Of a DNA stretch of 32,000 nt, positions 13,857-22,507 are shown piece by piece; the first letter of the stretch is position 1, and each line of letters begins with the position of its first letter. Below the pieces are notes generated by a model, which saw only the letters and a list, made by a program, of their open reading frames with translations, was not told where the DNA came from and ran no database searches. Source of the DNA: an uncultured Clostridia bacterium. GTDB taxonomy: Bacteria; Bacillota; Clostridia; Christensenellales; Aristaeellaceae. Where the stretch lies: assembly GCA_937886445.1 (NCBI GenBank), contig CALGBY010000105.1:2586-34585 (forward strand). The letters are read 5' to 3'. The position numbers and the translations under genes were made by a program.

Positions 13857-16040
13857 ATGTATCAGCTGGATCTTTCCGGGACAGAGGATAAACACATTTA
13901 TGACCTGGGCGAAAAATTTTCCGGGGAAAGCCCGGACGGGACAAGGATCGGCTTTACCAATTACTATATGACGGTAAACGGAAAGCCGTTCTTCGGCGTG
14001 AGCGGAGAAATGCATTTTTGCAGGGTGGCTCCCGACCAGTGGGAGGACGCCATTATAAAAATGCGGTGCGGGGGCATCAATATCCTGTCCACCTATGTAT
14101 TCTGGAATGTGCATGAGGAGGAGGAGGGCGTTTTCCGCTTCGACGGCTGCCGGGATCTTCGCGCGTTTCTCGAAATATGCGAAAAGCATCACATGATGGT
14201 GATCCTGCGCGTGGGGCCCTTTGCCCACGGCGAGATGCGCAACGGCGGCCTGCCGGACTGGCTGTACGGCAAGCCCTATGATGTGCGCGAGGATAACGAA
14301 GGCTTTCTTTCCGCCGTGCGCAGGCTGTTCCGGCAGATACACCTGCAGGCGGACGGCCACTATTTCCGTCAGGGCGGCTGCATCGTGGGCACGCAGATCG
14401 AAAACGAATATCAGCATTCCTGCGCCCCCTGGGAGCTGACCTCCGGCGTATCCAATGAATGGGTCACAAGCGGGCACTCCGGGCTGAGCTACATGCTGAA
14501 ATTGAAAAAGATCATGGAGGAGGAGGGGCTTGTTACGCCCTTCTATACCGCCACCGCCTGGGGCGGGGCCGTGACACCGGTCGAGGAGGCGCTGCCGCTG
14601 TGGGGCGGCTATGCCTACCAGCCCTGGCTGTTCTACAGAGGGCCAGGCGTACACCCCGCCACGCCCGAATATATCTACCGGGATCTGCACAACAGCGCCG
14701 TAACAAAAGAATACAACTTTGAACCGCGCTACGACCCCGAAACGAGGCCCTACGCCTGCTGTGAAATGATGGGCGGCATGATGTGCAGCTATCAGTACCG
14801 CTTCCGGATGGATATGCGTGCCATTGACGCGCTGGCCAATGTGAAGCTGGGCAGCGGGTGCAACCTGCTGGGCTACTATATGTACAAGGGAGGCACCACA
14901 CCCGCGGGCAGGCGTACGCCCTACCTGAACGAGGGGCAGATCTGCAAGCGCAGCTATGATTATCAGGCCGCCATCGGCGAGTTTGGCCGCATACGGGAAA
15001 GCTACGGGCGTCTGCGGGCGATCCACCTGTTCTGCAGCCTGTTTTCGGGCTTTCTTGAGCAAACAAGGGCCGTTGTGCCGCAGCATATGAAAACGGTCAG
15101 CCCCGCTGATCCGGGGCCGCTGCGTTTTTCGGCGCGTGTGAAGGGAAACAGCGGCTTCCTGTTCATCAACAATTTTCAGGATCACGCCGCGATGACGGAC
15201 CGCCGCGGGGATGAGGTGAGGCTGCGCCTCCCCGGCGGCGAGGTCACCTTCCGCTTTGATATCGCCGCCGGTGAAAACGCCATCCTGCCTTTCGGCATCC
15301 GTCTCGGCGATGTGACGCTGGACATGGCCACCGCCCAGCCACTGGCGCATTGCGGAAGCACCTGGTTCTTTATGGCGCCGGACGGGATGGAGCCGGTATA
15401 CCTGATCGACGGAAAGGAGATACGCGCCCGCGCGGGAGAAGCCTTCCGGGCCGGAGAGCAGGTGATCATGACGCTGAGCCGGAGGGAAGCGGGGCAACTG
15501 CTGCCGTGCGAAGGGAACGCTTTCCTGAGCGATAAGCCCCTCCTTTGGGACGGGGAGCGGCTGAAGGCGGAAATAGACGAAGGAAGCGCCGAGGTGCTCA
15601 GTTGGAACGAGACGGAAGCGCGCTTTCTGCCCTACGCGCGGCCGGACAGCCGCCGCGGGCATGAGCCGCTCGCCTTCAGCCGGACGGGAACGGGGCGCTA
15701 CACGCTGGGGCTCCCCCCGTGCGCCTTTGAGGGGCACAAGCAGGCTCTGGTGCGGGTGCGCTTCCGGGGCGATATCGGCTGCGCCTTCGCGGGCAATGAA
15801 CTGATATCCGATTGCTTCAACAACGGCGATATATGGGATATCCGGGTGGACTGCTTCGCGGATACGCTCAAAACGCAGCCGCTTGTACTGTACCTGACGC
15901 CCGTCAGAAGCAACATCACGGTGGATGCCTCCGCGATGGCGGGTCTTGAGGAAAAGGCTGATATCGAGGAAGCGGAGCTGCTTTGCGCGGAACTGATCCT
16001 GGTGGACGATTTTGTGCTGCGGGAGGGAGAAAACATATGA
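13857..16040 (+). CDS. GH35-family beta-galactosidase (727 aa, no signal peptide)
   Basis: GGINILSTYVFWNVHEEEEGVFRFDGCRDLRAFLE and GPFAHGEMRNGGLPDWL are typical of the GH35 TIM barrel. QIENEYQ holds the acid/base motif. I trimmed the start to the ATG at 13857 (MYQLDLSG). Confidence 0.85.
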   Translation: MYQLDLSGTEDKHIYDLGEKFSGESPDGTRIGFTNYYMTVNGKPFFGVSGEMHFCRVAPDQWEDAIIKMRCGGINILSTYVFWNVHEEEEGVFRFDGCRDLRAFLEICEKHHMMVILRVGPFAHGEMRNGGLPDWLYGKPYDVREDNEGFLSAVRRLFRQIHLQADGHYFRQGGCIVGTQIENEYQHSCAPWELTSGVSNEWVTSGHSGLSYMLKLKKIMEEEGLVTPFYTATAWGGAVTPVEEALPLWGGYAYQPWLFYRGPGVHPATPEYIYRDLHNSAVTKEYNFEPRYDPETRPYACCEMMGGMMCSYQYRFRMDMRAIDALANVKLGSGCNLLGYYMYKGGTTPAGRRTPYLNEGQICKRSYDYQAAIGEFGRIRESYGRLRAIHLFCSLFSGFLEQTRAVVPQHMKTVSPADPGPLRFSARVKGNSGFLFINNFQDHAAMTDRRGDEVRLRLPGGEVTFRFDIAAGENAILPFGIRLGDVTLDMATAQPLAHCGSTWFFMAPDGMEPVYLIDGKEIRARAGEAFRAGEQVIMTLSRREAGQLLPCEGNAFLSDKPLLWDGERLKAEIDEGSAEVLSWNETEARFLPYARPDSRRGHEPLAFSRTGTGRYTLGLPPCAFEGHKQALVRVRFRGDIGCAFAGNELISDCFNNGDIWDIRVDCFADTLKTQPLVLYLTPVRSNITVDASAMAGLEEKADIEEAELLCAELILVDDFVLREGENI

Positions 16041-19000
16041 TGAACGCCGATATTCGGGTGGAAAAGATCATCATCCCCACATACGGCATCGGCAAGGCCG
16101 ATAAAAACCCCATGTTTCTTGAAAAGCGCGTGTATCAGGGCAGCAGCGGCAAGGTGTATCCCCTTCCGGTAGTGGATAAGATACTGGATGAAAAGCAGGA
16201 TAAGCCCTACACGGCGATCTGGCTTGAAAACGATTATATCAGGGTGTGCGTGCTGCCGGAGCTGGGCGGACGCATCCAGCGCGCCTATGACAAAACCAAC
16301 GGCTATGACTTTGTGTACTACAACGAGGTGATCAAGCCGGCACTGGTGGGCCTTACCGGGCCGTGGATCAGCGGCGGCATCGAGTTCAACTGGCCGCAGC
16401 ACCACCGCCCCACCACCTTCGGGCCGGTCGATTACCGTACCGTAAAAAACGAGGACGGCAGCGTATCGGCGGAGCTTTCCGAGGTGGATCAGATGTACGG
16501 CACCAAGGGCAAAATGACCTTTACCCTGTACCCGTACCGGGCATATATCGAGATCAAAGGCCAGCTTTACAACCGCACCCACCTGCCCCAGACCTTTCTG
16601 TGGTGGGCCAACCCCGCGGTCTCGGTGAATGACGATACCCAGTCGGTATTCCCGCCGGATGTATGCGCCGTGTATGACCACGGAAAGCGGGATGTGAGCA
16701 AGTTCCCCATCGCCACCGGCGTGTACTACAAGCACGATTACGGCGCGGGCGTGGATATCAGCCGCTACAAAAACATCCCCGTGCCCACCAGCTATATGTG
16801 CGCCGGCAGCGATTACGACTTTGTAGGCGGCTATGATTACGGAAAAAAGGCCGGCATACTGCACATTGCCGACCATCATGTATCCCCCGGAAAGAAGCAG
16901 TGGACCTGGGGCTGCGGGGATTTCGGTCAGGCCTGGGACCGCAATCTGACGGACAGGAACGGCCCCTATATCGAGCTGATGACAGGCATGTACTGCGACA
17001 ACCAGCCGGATTTTTCCTGGCTGATGCCGTTTGAGGAAAAGACCTTCACCCAGTACTTTATGCCCTACAAGCAGGTGGGGTATGTTAAAAACGCCAGCCG
17101 GGACTGCGTGATAAACCTGGAGGTTAAGGACGGACGGGCGCGGATCGCCGTTTACACCACCCGCCTTTTTGAAGGGGCACGGGTCACGCTGATGGCAGAC
17201 GGGAAGACCATTTGGGAAAAAACGGCCGATCTCAGCCCCGTACAGCTGCTGGAAGAGGAGATCGCGATAGGTGTGCCCGAAACGCGGCTCACACTGGAAG
17301 TATATGCCGCCTCAGGCCGCAGGCTGCTTTCCTATACGCCCCGCGCCGACGCCATAGAAAAAATACCCGATCCCATGCCCCCGGCAAAGATGCCGGAGGA
17401 AATCAACACCAATGAGGAACTGTATCTCACAGGGCTGCACCTTGAGCAGTACCGCCATGCCACCTATCTGCCCGACCCCTATTATCTTGAAGCGCTGAAG
17501 CGCGATCCCGGAGACATAAGGGCCAATAACGCCTATGGCATGCTGCTGCTGCGCCGCGGACGCTTTTCAGAGGCTGAAAAGTATTTCCGCGCCGCCATCC
17601 TGCGCATGACCGGGCGCAATCCCAACCCCTATGACAGTGAAGCCTGGCTCAATCTGGGCCTTTCCCTGCGCTTTCAGGGAAAAGAAGATGAGGCCTATGA
17701 CGCCTTCTTCAAGGCGGTCTGGACGGCTCCCGAGAAGGAGGCGGGCTATTACCACATCGCCTGTATCGACTGCAGACGCGGCGATCATGACCTGGCGCTT
17801 GAGCACATCGGGCAGAGCCTTGTAAAGAACGGGCACAACCTGAAGGCCAGAGCGTTGAAGGGACTGATCCTGGATTCGCTGGGGCTTGAAAAGGAAGCCG
17901 GGCGCTGGTTTGAAGAAAACCTGACGGTAGACGCCTTCGACTATGTGTCCCGCATAGAAAGCGGAGACCTGACGGGCGCGCTGAGGCTGATGGGAAGCCG
18001 CGCCAGCAGCTACATTGAGTGCGCCATCGATTACGCCGAGGCGGGCTACTGGGACAAGGCCGTATTCATACTGGAATGCTGCCCCGCGCCCACACCCATG
18101 GTGTGGTATCACCTGGCGCTGTATGCCGCCCGTACGGGAGATGAAGGATACGCCGCGCAGGCGCTTGAAAACGCCGCCGGCGCGGACAGCCTGTACTGCT
18201 TCCCCAACAGGCTTGAGGACATCATTGCCCTCAGGTACGCCATAGAGCATCATGACAGCGACGCGAAGGCTCCCTATTACCTGGGCTGCCTGTGGTATGA
18301 CAGAAGGCAGTATGAAGAAGCAATCGCATGCTGGGAAAGATCGGCAGAGCTGGATGACAGCTTTCCCACCGTATGGCGCAACCTTTCCCTCGCGTATTTC
18401 AACCGGCGCGGGGAAAGCGAAAAGGCAAGGCAATGCATGGAGCGGGCCTTCGCGCTTGATGAAACAGACGCCCGCGTGCTGCTGGAATTGTACCAGCTGT
18501 ACGGAAAGCTGAATCACAGCACAGAAGAGCGCTTTGCCCTTCTGGACGCGCACAGAGAAACGGCTTTTCTGCGGGATGACCTCTATACCGAATACTGCGC
18601 GCTGCTGAACAGCATGGAAAAATATCAGCAGGCGCTGGATCTCCTGATGAGCCGCACCTTCCATCCCTGGGAGGGGGGCGAAGGCAAGGTGACCGCCCAG
18701 TATACCGCGGCGCTGACAGGGCTCGCGATCCGGGCGCTGCAGAGCGGCAGCGCGGCGGAGGCGAAGGAGCTGCTTGAAAGGGCGCTGGTATTCCCGCACA
18801 ATCTCGGAGAGGGCAAGCTGGAGGGCGCGAAGGACAATAACCTCCATTACTGGCTGGGCATCGCCGAAAGGGCGCTCGGAAATGAAGCATCTGCCCGGCA
18901 GCATTTTGAACAGGCGGCCGCCGGCAATGAGGAACCCGCTTCAGCCCTGTACTATAATGACCAACCCGCGGATATGATCCTCTATCAGGGGCTCGCGAAC

Positions 19001-19315
19001 CGGTCTCTGGGCCGCGATGAACAGGCGCGCGGCCGTTTCTACAGGCTGATCTCTTACGGCGAAAAGCATTATTACGATCAGGTAAAGATGGATTATTTTG
19101 CCGTCTCCCTGCCCGACCTGCAATTGTTTGACGAGGATCTTTCTCTGCGCAGCCGTGCCCACTGCGAATACCTGATCGCTCTCGGCAGTCTGGGGCTCGG
19201 GGATAAGGAGCGCGCCGAAAAATGCTTCCGCGCCGTTCTTGATTTCAACCGGGCGCATCAGGGAGCGATCATGCACGCGAAGCTGCTTAAAGGAGATACA
19301 AATGGACTGCTTTGA
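16037..19315 (+). CDS. DUF5107 domain protein with a C-terminal TPR region (1092 aa)
   Basis: The N-terminal motifs IIPTYGIGKADKNPMFLEKRVYQGSSGKVYPLP and GPWISGGIEFNWPQHHRP are, as I recall them, characteristic of DUF5107. The C-terminal half is TPR-like helical repeats. The ATG at 16037 overlaps the GH35 stop codon as ATGA, and GGGAGGGAG lies upstream. Confidence 0.85.
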   Translation: MMNADIRVEKIIIPTYGIGKADKNPMFLEKRVYQGSSGKVYPLPVVDKILDEKQDKPYTAIWLENDYIRVCVLPELGGRIQRAYDKTNGYDFVYYNEVIKPALVGLTGPWISGGIEFNWPQHHRPTTFGPVDYRTVKNEDGSVSAELSEVDQMYGTKGKMTFTLYPYRAYIEIKGQLYNRTHLPQTFLWWANPAVSVNDDTQSVFPPDVCAVYDHGKRDVSKFPIATGVYYKHDYGAGVDISRYKNIPVPTSYMCAGSDYDFVGGYDYGKKAGILHIADHHVSPGKKQWTWGCGDFGQAWDRNLTDRNGPYIELMTGMYCDNQPDFSWLMPFEEKTFTQYFMPYKQVGYVKNASRDCVINLEVKDGRARIAVYTTRLFEGARVTLMADGKTIWEKTADLSPVQLLEEEIAIGVPETRLTLEVYAASGRRLLSYTPRADAIEKIPDPMPPAKMPEEINTNEELYLTGLHLEQYRHATYLPDPYYLEALKRDPGDIRANNAYGMLLLRRGRFSEAEKYFRAAILRMTGRNPNPYDSEAWLNLGLSLRFQGKEDEAYDAFFKAVWTAPEKEAGYYHIACIDCRRGDHDLALEHIGQSLVKNGHNLKARALKGLILDSLGLEKEAGRWFEENLTVDAFDYVSRIESGDLTGALRLMGSRASSYIECAIDYAEAGYWDKAVFILECCPAPTPMVWYHLALYAARTGDEGYAAQALENAAGADSLYCFPNRLEDIIALRYAIEHHDSDAKAPYYLGCLWYDRRQYEEAIACWERSAELDDSFPTVWRNLSLAYFNRRGESEKARQCMERAFALDETDARVLLELYQLYGKLNHSTEERFALLDAHRETAFLRDDLYTEYCALLNSMEKYQQALDLLMSRTFHPWEGGEGKVTAQYTAALTGLAIRALQSGSAAEAKELLERALVFPHNLGEGKLEGAKDNNLHYWLGIAERALGNEASARQHFEQAAAGNEEPASALYYNDQPADMILYQGLANRSLGRDEQARGRFYRLISYGEKHYYDQVKMDYFAVSLPDLQLFDEDLSLRSRAHCEYLIALGSLGLGDKERAEKCFRAVLDFNRAHQGAIMHAKLLKGDTNGLL

Positions 19316-22013
19316 CCTTTCCGGCCTGTGGACCTGCGAGCTGGACGGCATACGCGCCCCCATGCGTCTGCCGGGCACACTGGATGAAAACGGTATCGGC
19401 TATCCGGATGACCCCGAAAAGCAGTGGATGGCCGACTCGGTAAAGAAGATCGGCTACTGGAAGCAGGGCGATCCCATCGTGACCCGGCTTACCCGCAGGC
19501 ATGTTTTTGAGGGCTGCGCAGTCATCAGCCGCACGCTGGACTGGACAGTGCCCGAAAACAGCCGGCTGTTCGCGGATGTTGAACGCGCCCGCGGCCTGAA
19601 TTTGCTGGTGAATAAAAAAGCCGCTCCGCTTTCGCGGCCGGCTTCCCTGAGCACCCCGTACTGTTTTGAAATCACGGGCCTCGTTTCGGGGCACGATAAG
19701 TTCTGTTTCCTGTCTGATAACAGCTATCCGGGCTGGCCGCGGGGAGAGATCGTGTATTCCTCCGCCGCTTCCGATGAGACCCAGACCAACTGGAACGGCC
19801 TGCTCGGCAGGCTTTGCATACGCGCCGAGAGACCGGTATTCATATCGGATGTGCGCGTGTATCCGCAGGGGACTTCCGTGCGCGTGTTTGTTGAGACCGA
19901 TGCCGCGTATGCCTGGCAGGGCACACTGCATATTGCCTGTGACGCCCTTCAGGAGGACGCGTACAGGCCCGTCAGCGTGCTTCCCGGAAGGCAGCATTTC
20001 TGCTTTGAGCTGGCGCTCAGGACCTCCGCGCCGCGCTGGGATACAGAGGAGGGCGTTCTTCACAGGCTCACCGTATCCGCGCTGGGGCTTGATGCGCGTA
20101 CCGTGCGCTTCGGCATACGTGATTTCCGGGCGGAGGGCGGCTTTCTTTGGCTGAACGGACGCCGTATCTTTTTAAGAGGCGAGGCGAACTGCGCCGTATT
20201 TCCCGAAACGGGATACTGCCCCATGGAAACAGAGCAATGGAAAAAGATCCTGCTCGCCTACCGTGCCTACGGCGTGAACTGCATGCGTTTTCACAGCCAT
20301 TGCCCGCCGGAGGCCGCCTTTTGCGCCGCGGATGAGCTGGGCATGCTGATGCAGCCGGAGCTTTCCCACTGGGATCCGCAGCACGCATTCGGGTCAAACG
20401 AAAGCAGAGAATACTATCAGGATGAGCTTTCCGGCATACTGCGCTGCCTCGCGAATCATCCCTCCTTTGTGATGCTGACACTGGGCAATGAGCTGAAGAC
20501 GGATGAAGCGGGACATGCCTTTATGGACGCGCTCTTGCAGAAAGCCAGGCAGTATGACCCCACAAGGCTGTATTCCAACGGTTCCAACACGCACTACGGA
20601 GAGCTTGGCGCCGACAGCCAAAGCGATTTTTACACGGCCATGCAGTACCGCGATACCAAGATGCGCGCCGCCTGTGACGGCATGACGGGCTGGCTGAACA
20701 ATGAATATCCGAACACCTGTCACGATTACAGCAAGGCGGTATCGGCGCTTCGGGGAGTCTGTGAACAGCCGGTGTTCTCCTTTGAGGTGGGTCAGTATGA
20801 GATCCTGCCGGAGCTTAGCGAACCGGAGGATTATCATGGCGTGACCGCTGCCCGAAACTTTGAGCACATCCGGAACAGGGTACGCCAAATGGGCTGGGAG
20901 CAGGAATGGCGGCGCCGCGCGGAGGCCACCGGGGAAAGCAGCCTGCTCTGCTACCGCGCGGAGGCGGAGGCAGCCCTGCGCACAGCCGGCTACAGCGGCA
21001 TTTCATTGCTGGGGCTGCAGGATTTTCCAGGTCAGGGCACGGCGCTCGTGGGCATGATGAACGCTCATCTTGAGCCCAAGCCCTTTGACTTTGCCCGGGC
21101 ATCGCGCTTTTCCGCCTTTTTTGCAGATGTGCTACCCCTCGCGCTGCTGGAAAGGTTTACCTATACGGAGGGCGAAACGCTCAAGGCGGGGCTGAAGATC
21201 GCGAATTACGGAAAACGGGATCTTGCAGGCCAAACAGAATGGTCACTGGCAGGCACAGACATTGCCATACAGGGTGTTTTGCCCGAAACCGCGGCGGCCG
21301 CGGGCGGGCTGTATGAAGCGGGAAGGATCGTTCTTCCGCTCCCAAAGGCAAATGGACCGTACAAGGCAGTGCTGACGCTGCGCTTTTGCGACTTTGAAAA
21401 CGAATATCCGCTGTGGGTGTATCCGGATGAGAGACCCGTATGCCCGGAGGAGATCTATGAGTGCCGTGCCTTTGATGAACGGGCGCGGGCCGTGCTCCGC
21501 GGCGGCGGAAGCGTACTGCTTGCTCCGGACAGCACCGCGGAAAGCATCCCGCGCTCCGTTCAGGCACAATTCAGCCCGGACTTCTGGTCGGTATGCACAT
21601 TCCCCCATCAGACGGGCACGATGGGCCAGCTGATTGATGAAAAGCATCCGCTGTTTGCCCGTTTCCCCACACAAAGCTTCAATACCTGGCAATGGTGGCC
21701 GATGGCGCGGCAGCGGGCCATGCTCCTGCCCGGAAGGGCGGAGACGATCATTGCCGAGATGGATTCCTGCGCGTTTCTCAGACCCATGGCCAAGCTGTTT
21801 GAATGCCGGTGCGGCGGCGGAAGGCTGATGGTATCCTCACTGGGGCTGCACAGGCTTCAGCAGTATCCCGAAGCCCGGGCCCTGCTGAGCGCTCTGTACG
21901 CCTACATACGCTCCGATTCGTTCGCCCCCGCGCAGTATCTTGACGAGAAATGGATCCTGAGCATATTTGACGGTCCCTCCGGCACGGAGGAGGCTCTGCC
22001 CGGACAAGCATAA
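19302..22013 (+). CDS. GH2-like (clan GH-A) glycoside hydrolase, 903 aa, no signal peptide
   Basis: FLWLNGRRIFLRGEANCAVFPETGY...GVNCMRFHSHCPPEAAFCAADELGMLMQPE resembles the entry to a GH2 TIM barrel. TLGNEL is the candidate acid/base motif and FEVGQYE the candidate nucleophile region. The ATG at 19302 follows AAGGAG and overlaps the upstream gene by 14 nt. Confidence 0.75.
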   Translation: MDCFDLSGLWTCELDGIRAPMRLPGTLDENGIGYPDDPEKQWMADSVKKIGYWKQGDPIVTRLTRRHVFEGCAVISRTLDWTVPENSRLFADVERARGLNLLVNKKAAPLSRPASLSTPYCFEITGLVSGHDKFCFLSDNSYPGWPRGEIVYSSAASDETQTNWNGLLGRLCIRAERPVFISDVRVYPQGTSVRVFVETDAAYAWQGTLHIACDALQEDAYRPVSVLPGRQHFCFELALRTSAPRWDTEEGVLHRLTVSALGLDARTVRFGIRDFRAEGGFLWLNGRRIFLRGEANCAVFPETGYCPMETEQWKKILLAYRAYGVNCMRFHSHCPPEAAFCAADELGMLMQPELSHWDPQHAFGSNESREYYQDELSGILRCLANHPSFVMLTLGNELKTDEAGHAFMDALLQKARQYDPTRLYSNGSNTHYGELGADSQSDFYTAMQYRDTKMRAACDGMTGWLNNEYPNTCHDYSKAVSALRGVCEQPVFSFEVGQYEILPELSEPEDYHGVTAARNFEHIRNRVRQMGWEQEWRRRAEATGESSLLCYRAEAEAALRTAGYSGISLLGLQDFPGQGTALVGMMNAHLEPKPFDFARASRFSAFFADVLPLALLERFTYTEGETLKAGLKIANYGKRDLAGQTEWSLAGTDIAIQGVLPETAAAAGGLYEAGRIVLPLPKANGPYKAVLTLRFCDFENEYPLWVYPDERPVCPEEIYECRAFDERARAVLRGGGSVLLAPDSTAESIPRSVQAQFSPDFWSVCTFPHQTGTMGQLIDEKHPLFARFPTQSFNTWQWWPMARQRAMLLPGRAETIIAEMDSCAFLRPMAKLFECRCGGGRLMVSSLGLHRLQQYPEARALLSALYAYIRSDSFAPAQYLDEKWILSIFDGPSGTEEALPGQA

Positions 22014-22019
22014 GAGCGC

Positions 22020-22385
22020 CTATTCGTCCTCTTCGCTGTCTTCTTCGCCATCCTCCTCCGTTTCATTCAGGCTGTCAAGAAGGCCTTTCATATGGAGCAG
22101 CAGCTGTTCCTCGCGCACGGTGAGAAGAACGCGCTGGTTGGGGTAGCTCGCGTTGAAGCCGGACAGCTGCTCAATATATTCGTCAAGCGCTTCCATAAAA
22201 TCCTCTCTCTGGGAAAACAGGTCGTCAAGGTCATCCTGATAGTCATCATCCGGTTCCTCAGGGTCAGGCTGCGTTTCCGGTCCGTCCGCTTCCTCAGAGT
22301 GAAAAACCGTTTCGGTTTCCGATCTTGTTTCTTCCTCCCCGCAGTTCAGCAGCTGGCTTGTGACGATGTGAAAACGGATATCCAT
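22020..22385 (-). CDS. Small, extremely acidic hypothetical protein (121 aa)
   Basis: AAGGAG lies about 10 nt before the ATG at 22385. Asp/Glu-rich tracts (EEPDDDYQDDLDDLF, and the C-terminal EEDGEEDSEEDE) flank a predicted helical core. I recognise no family. Confidence 0.6.
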   Translation of the reverse strand: MDIRFHIVTSQLLNCGEEETRSETETVFHSEEADGPETQPDPEEPDDDYQDDLDDLFSQREDFMEALDEYIEQLSGFNASYPNQRVLLTVREEQLLLHMKGLLDSLNETEEDGEEDSEEDE

Positions 22386-22507
22386 AAGCGAATATCTCCT
22401 TTCATCTTTATTTCCCTTCCGGCGTAAACACCGAAAACGGGTGCACCGTCATCATAATACCGGCTGAGCGCTTTGTCATTGAACTGCAGGTTGAAAACCC
22501 GCGCTTT

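Noticed and set aside
13743-15737. A 664-aa minus-strand ORF opposite the GH35 gene. Similar antisense ORFs occur at 15698-16879, 17567-18904, 19287-20063, 20394-20888, 24134-25174, 25260-26006, 25975-26514, 27268-28659, 29134-29841 and 30639-31163.
   Set aside because: These are typical GC-rich shadow ORFs with Arg/Pro/Gly/Ala/His-rich translations, no domain-like motifs and no RBS. Each lies opposite a gene with clear family signatures.
22013-22020. An expected convergent terminator between the GH2-like gene and the acidic-protein gene.
   Set aside because: Only 6 bp separate the two stop codons and I see no hairpin there. I therefore annotated no terminator and noted the possible transcript overlap in the findings.
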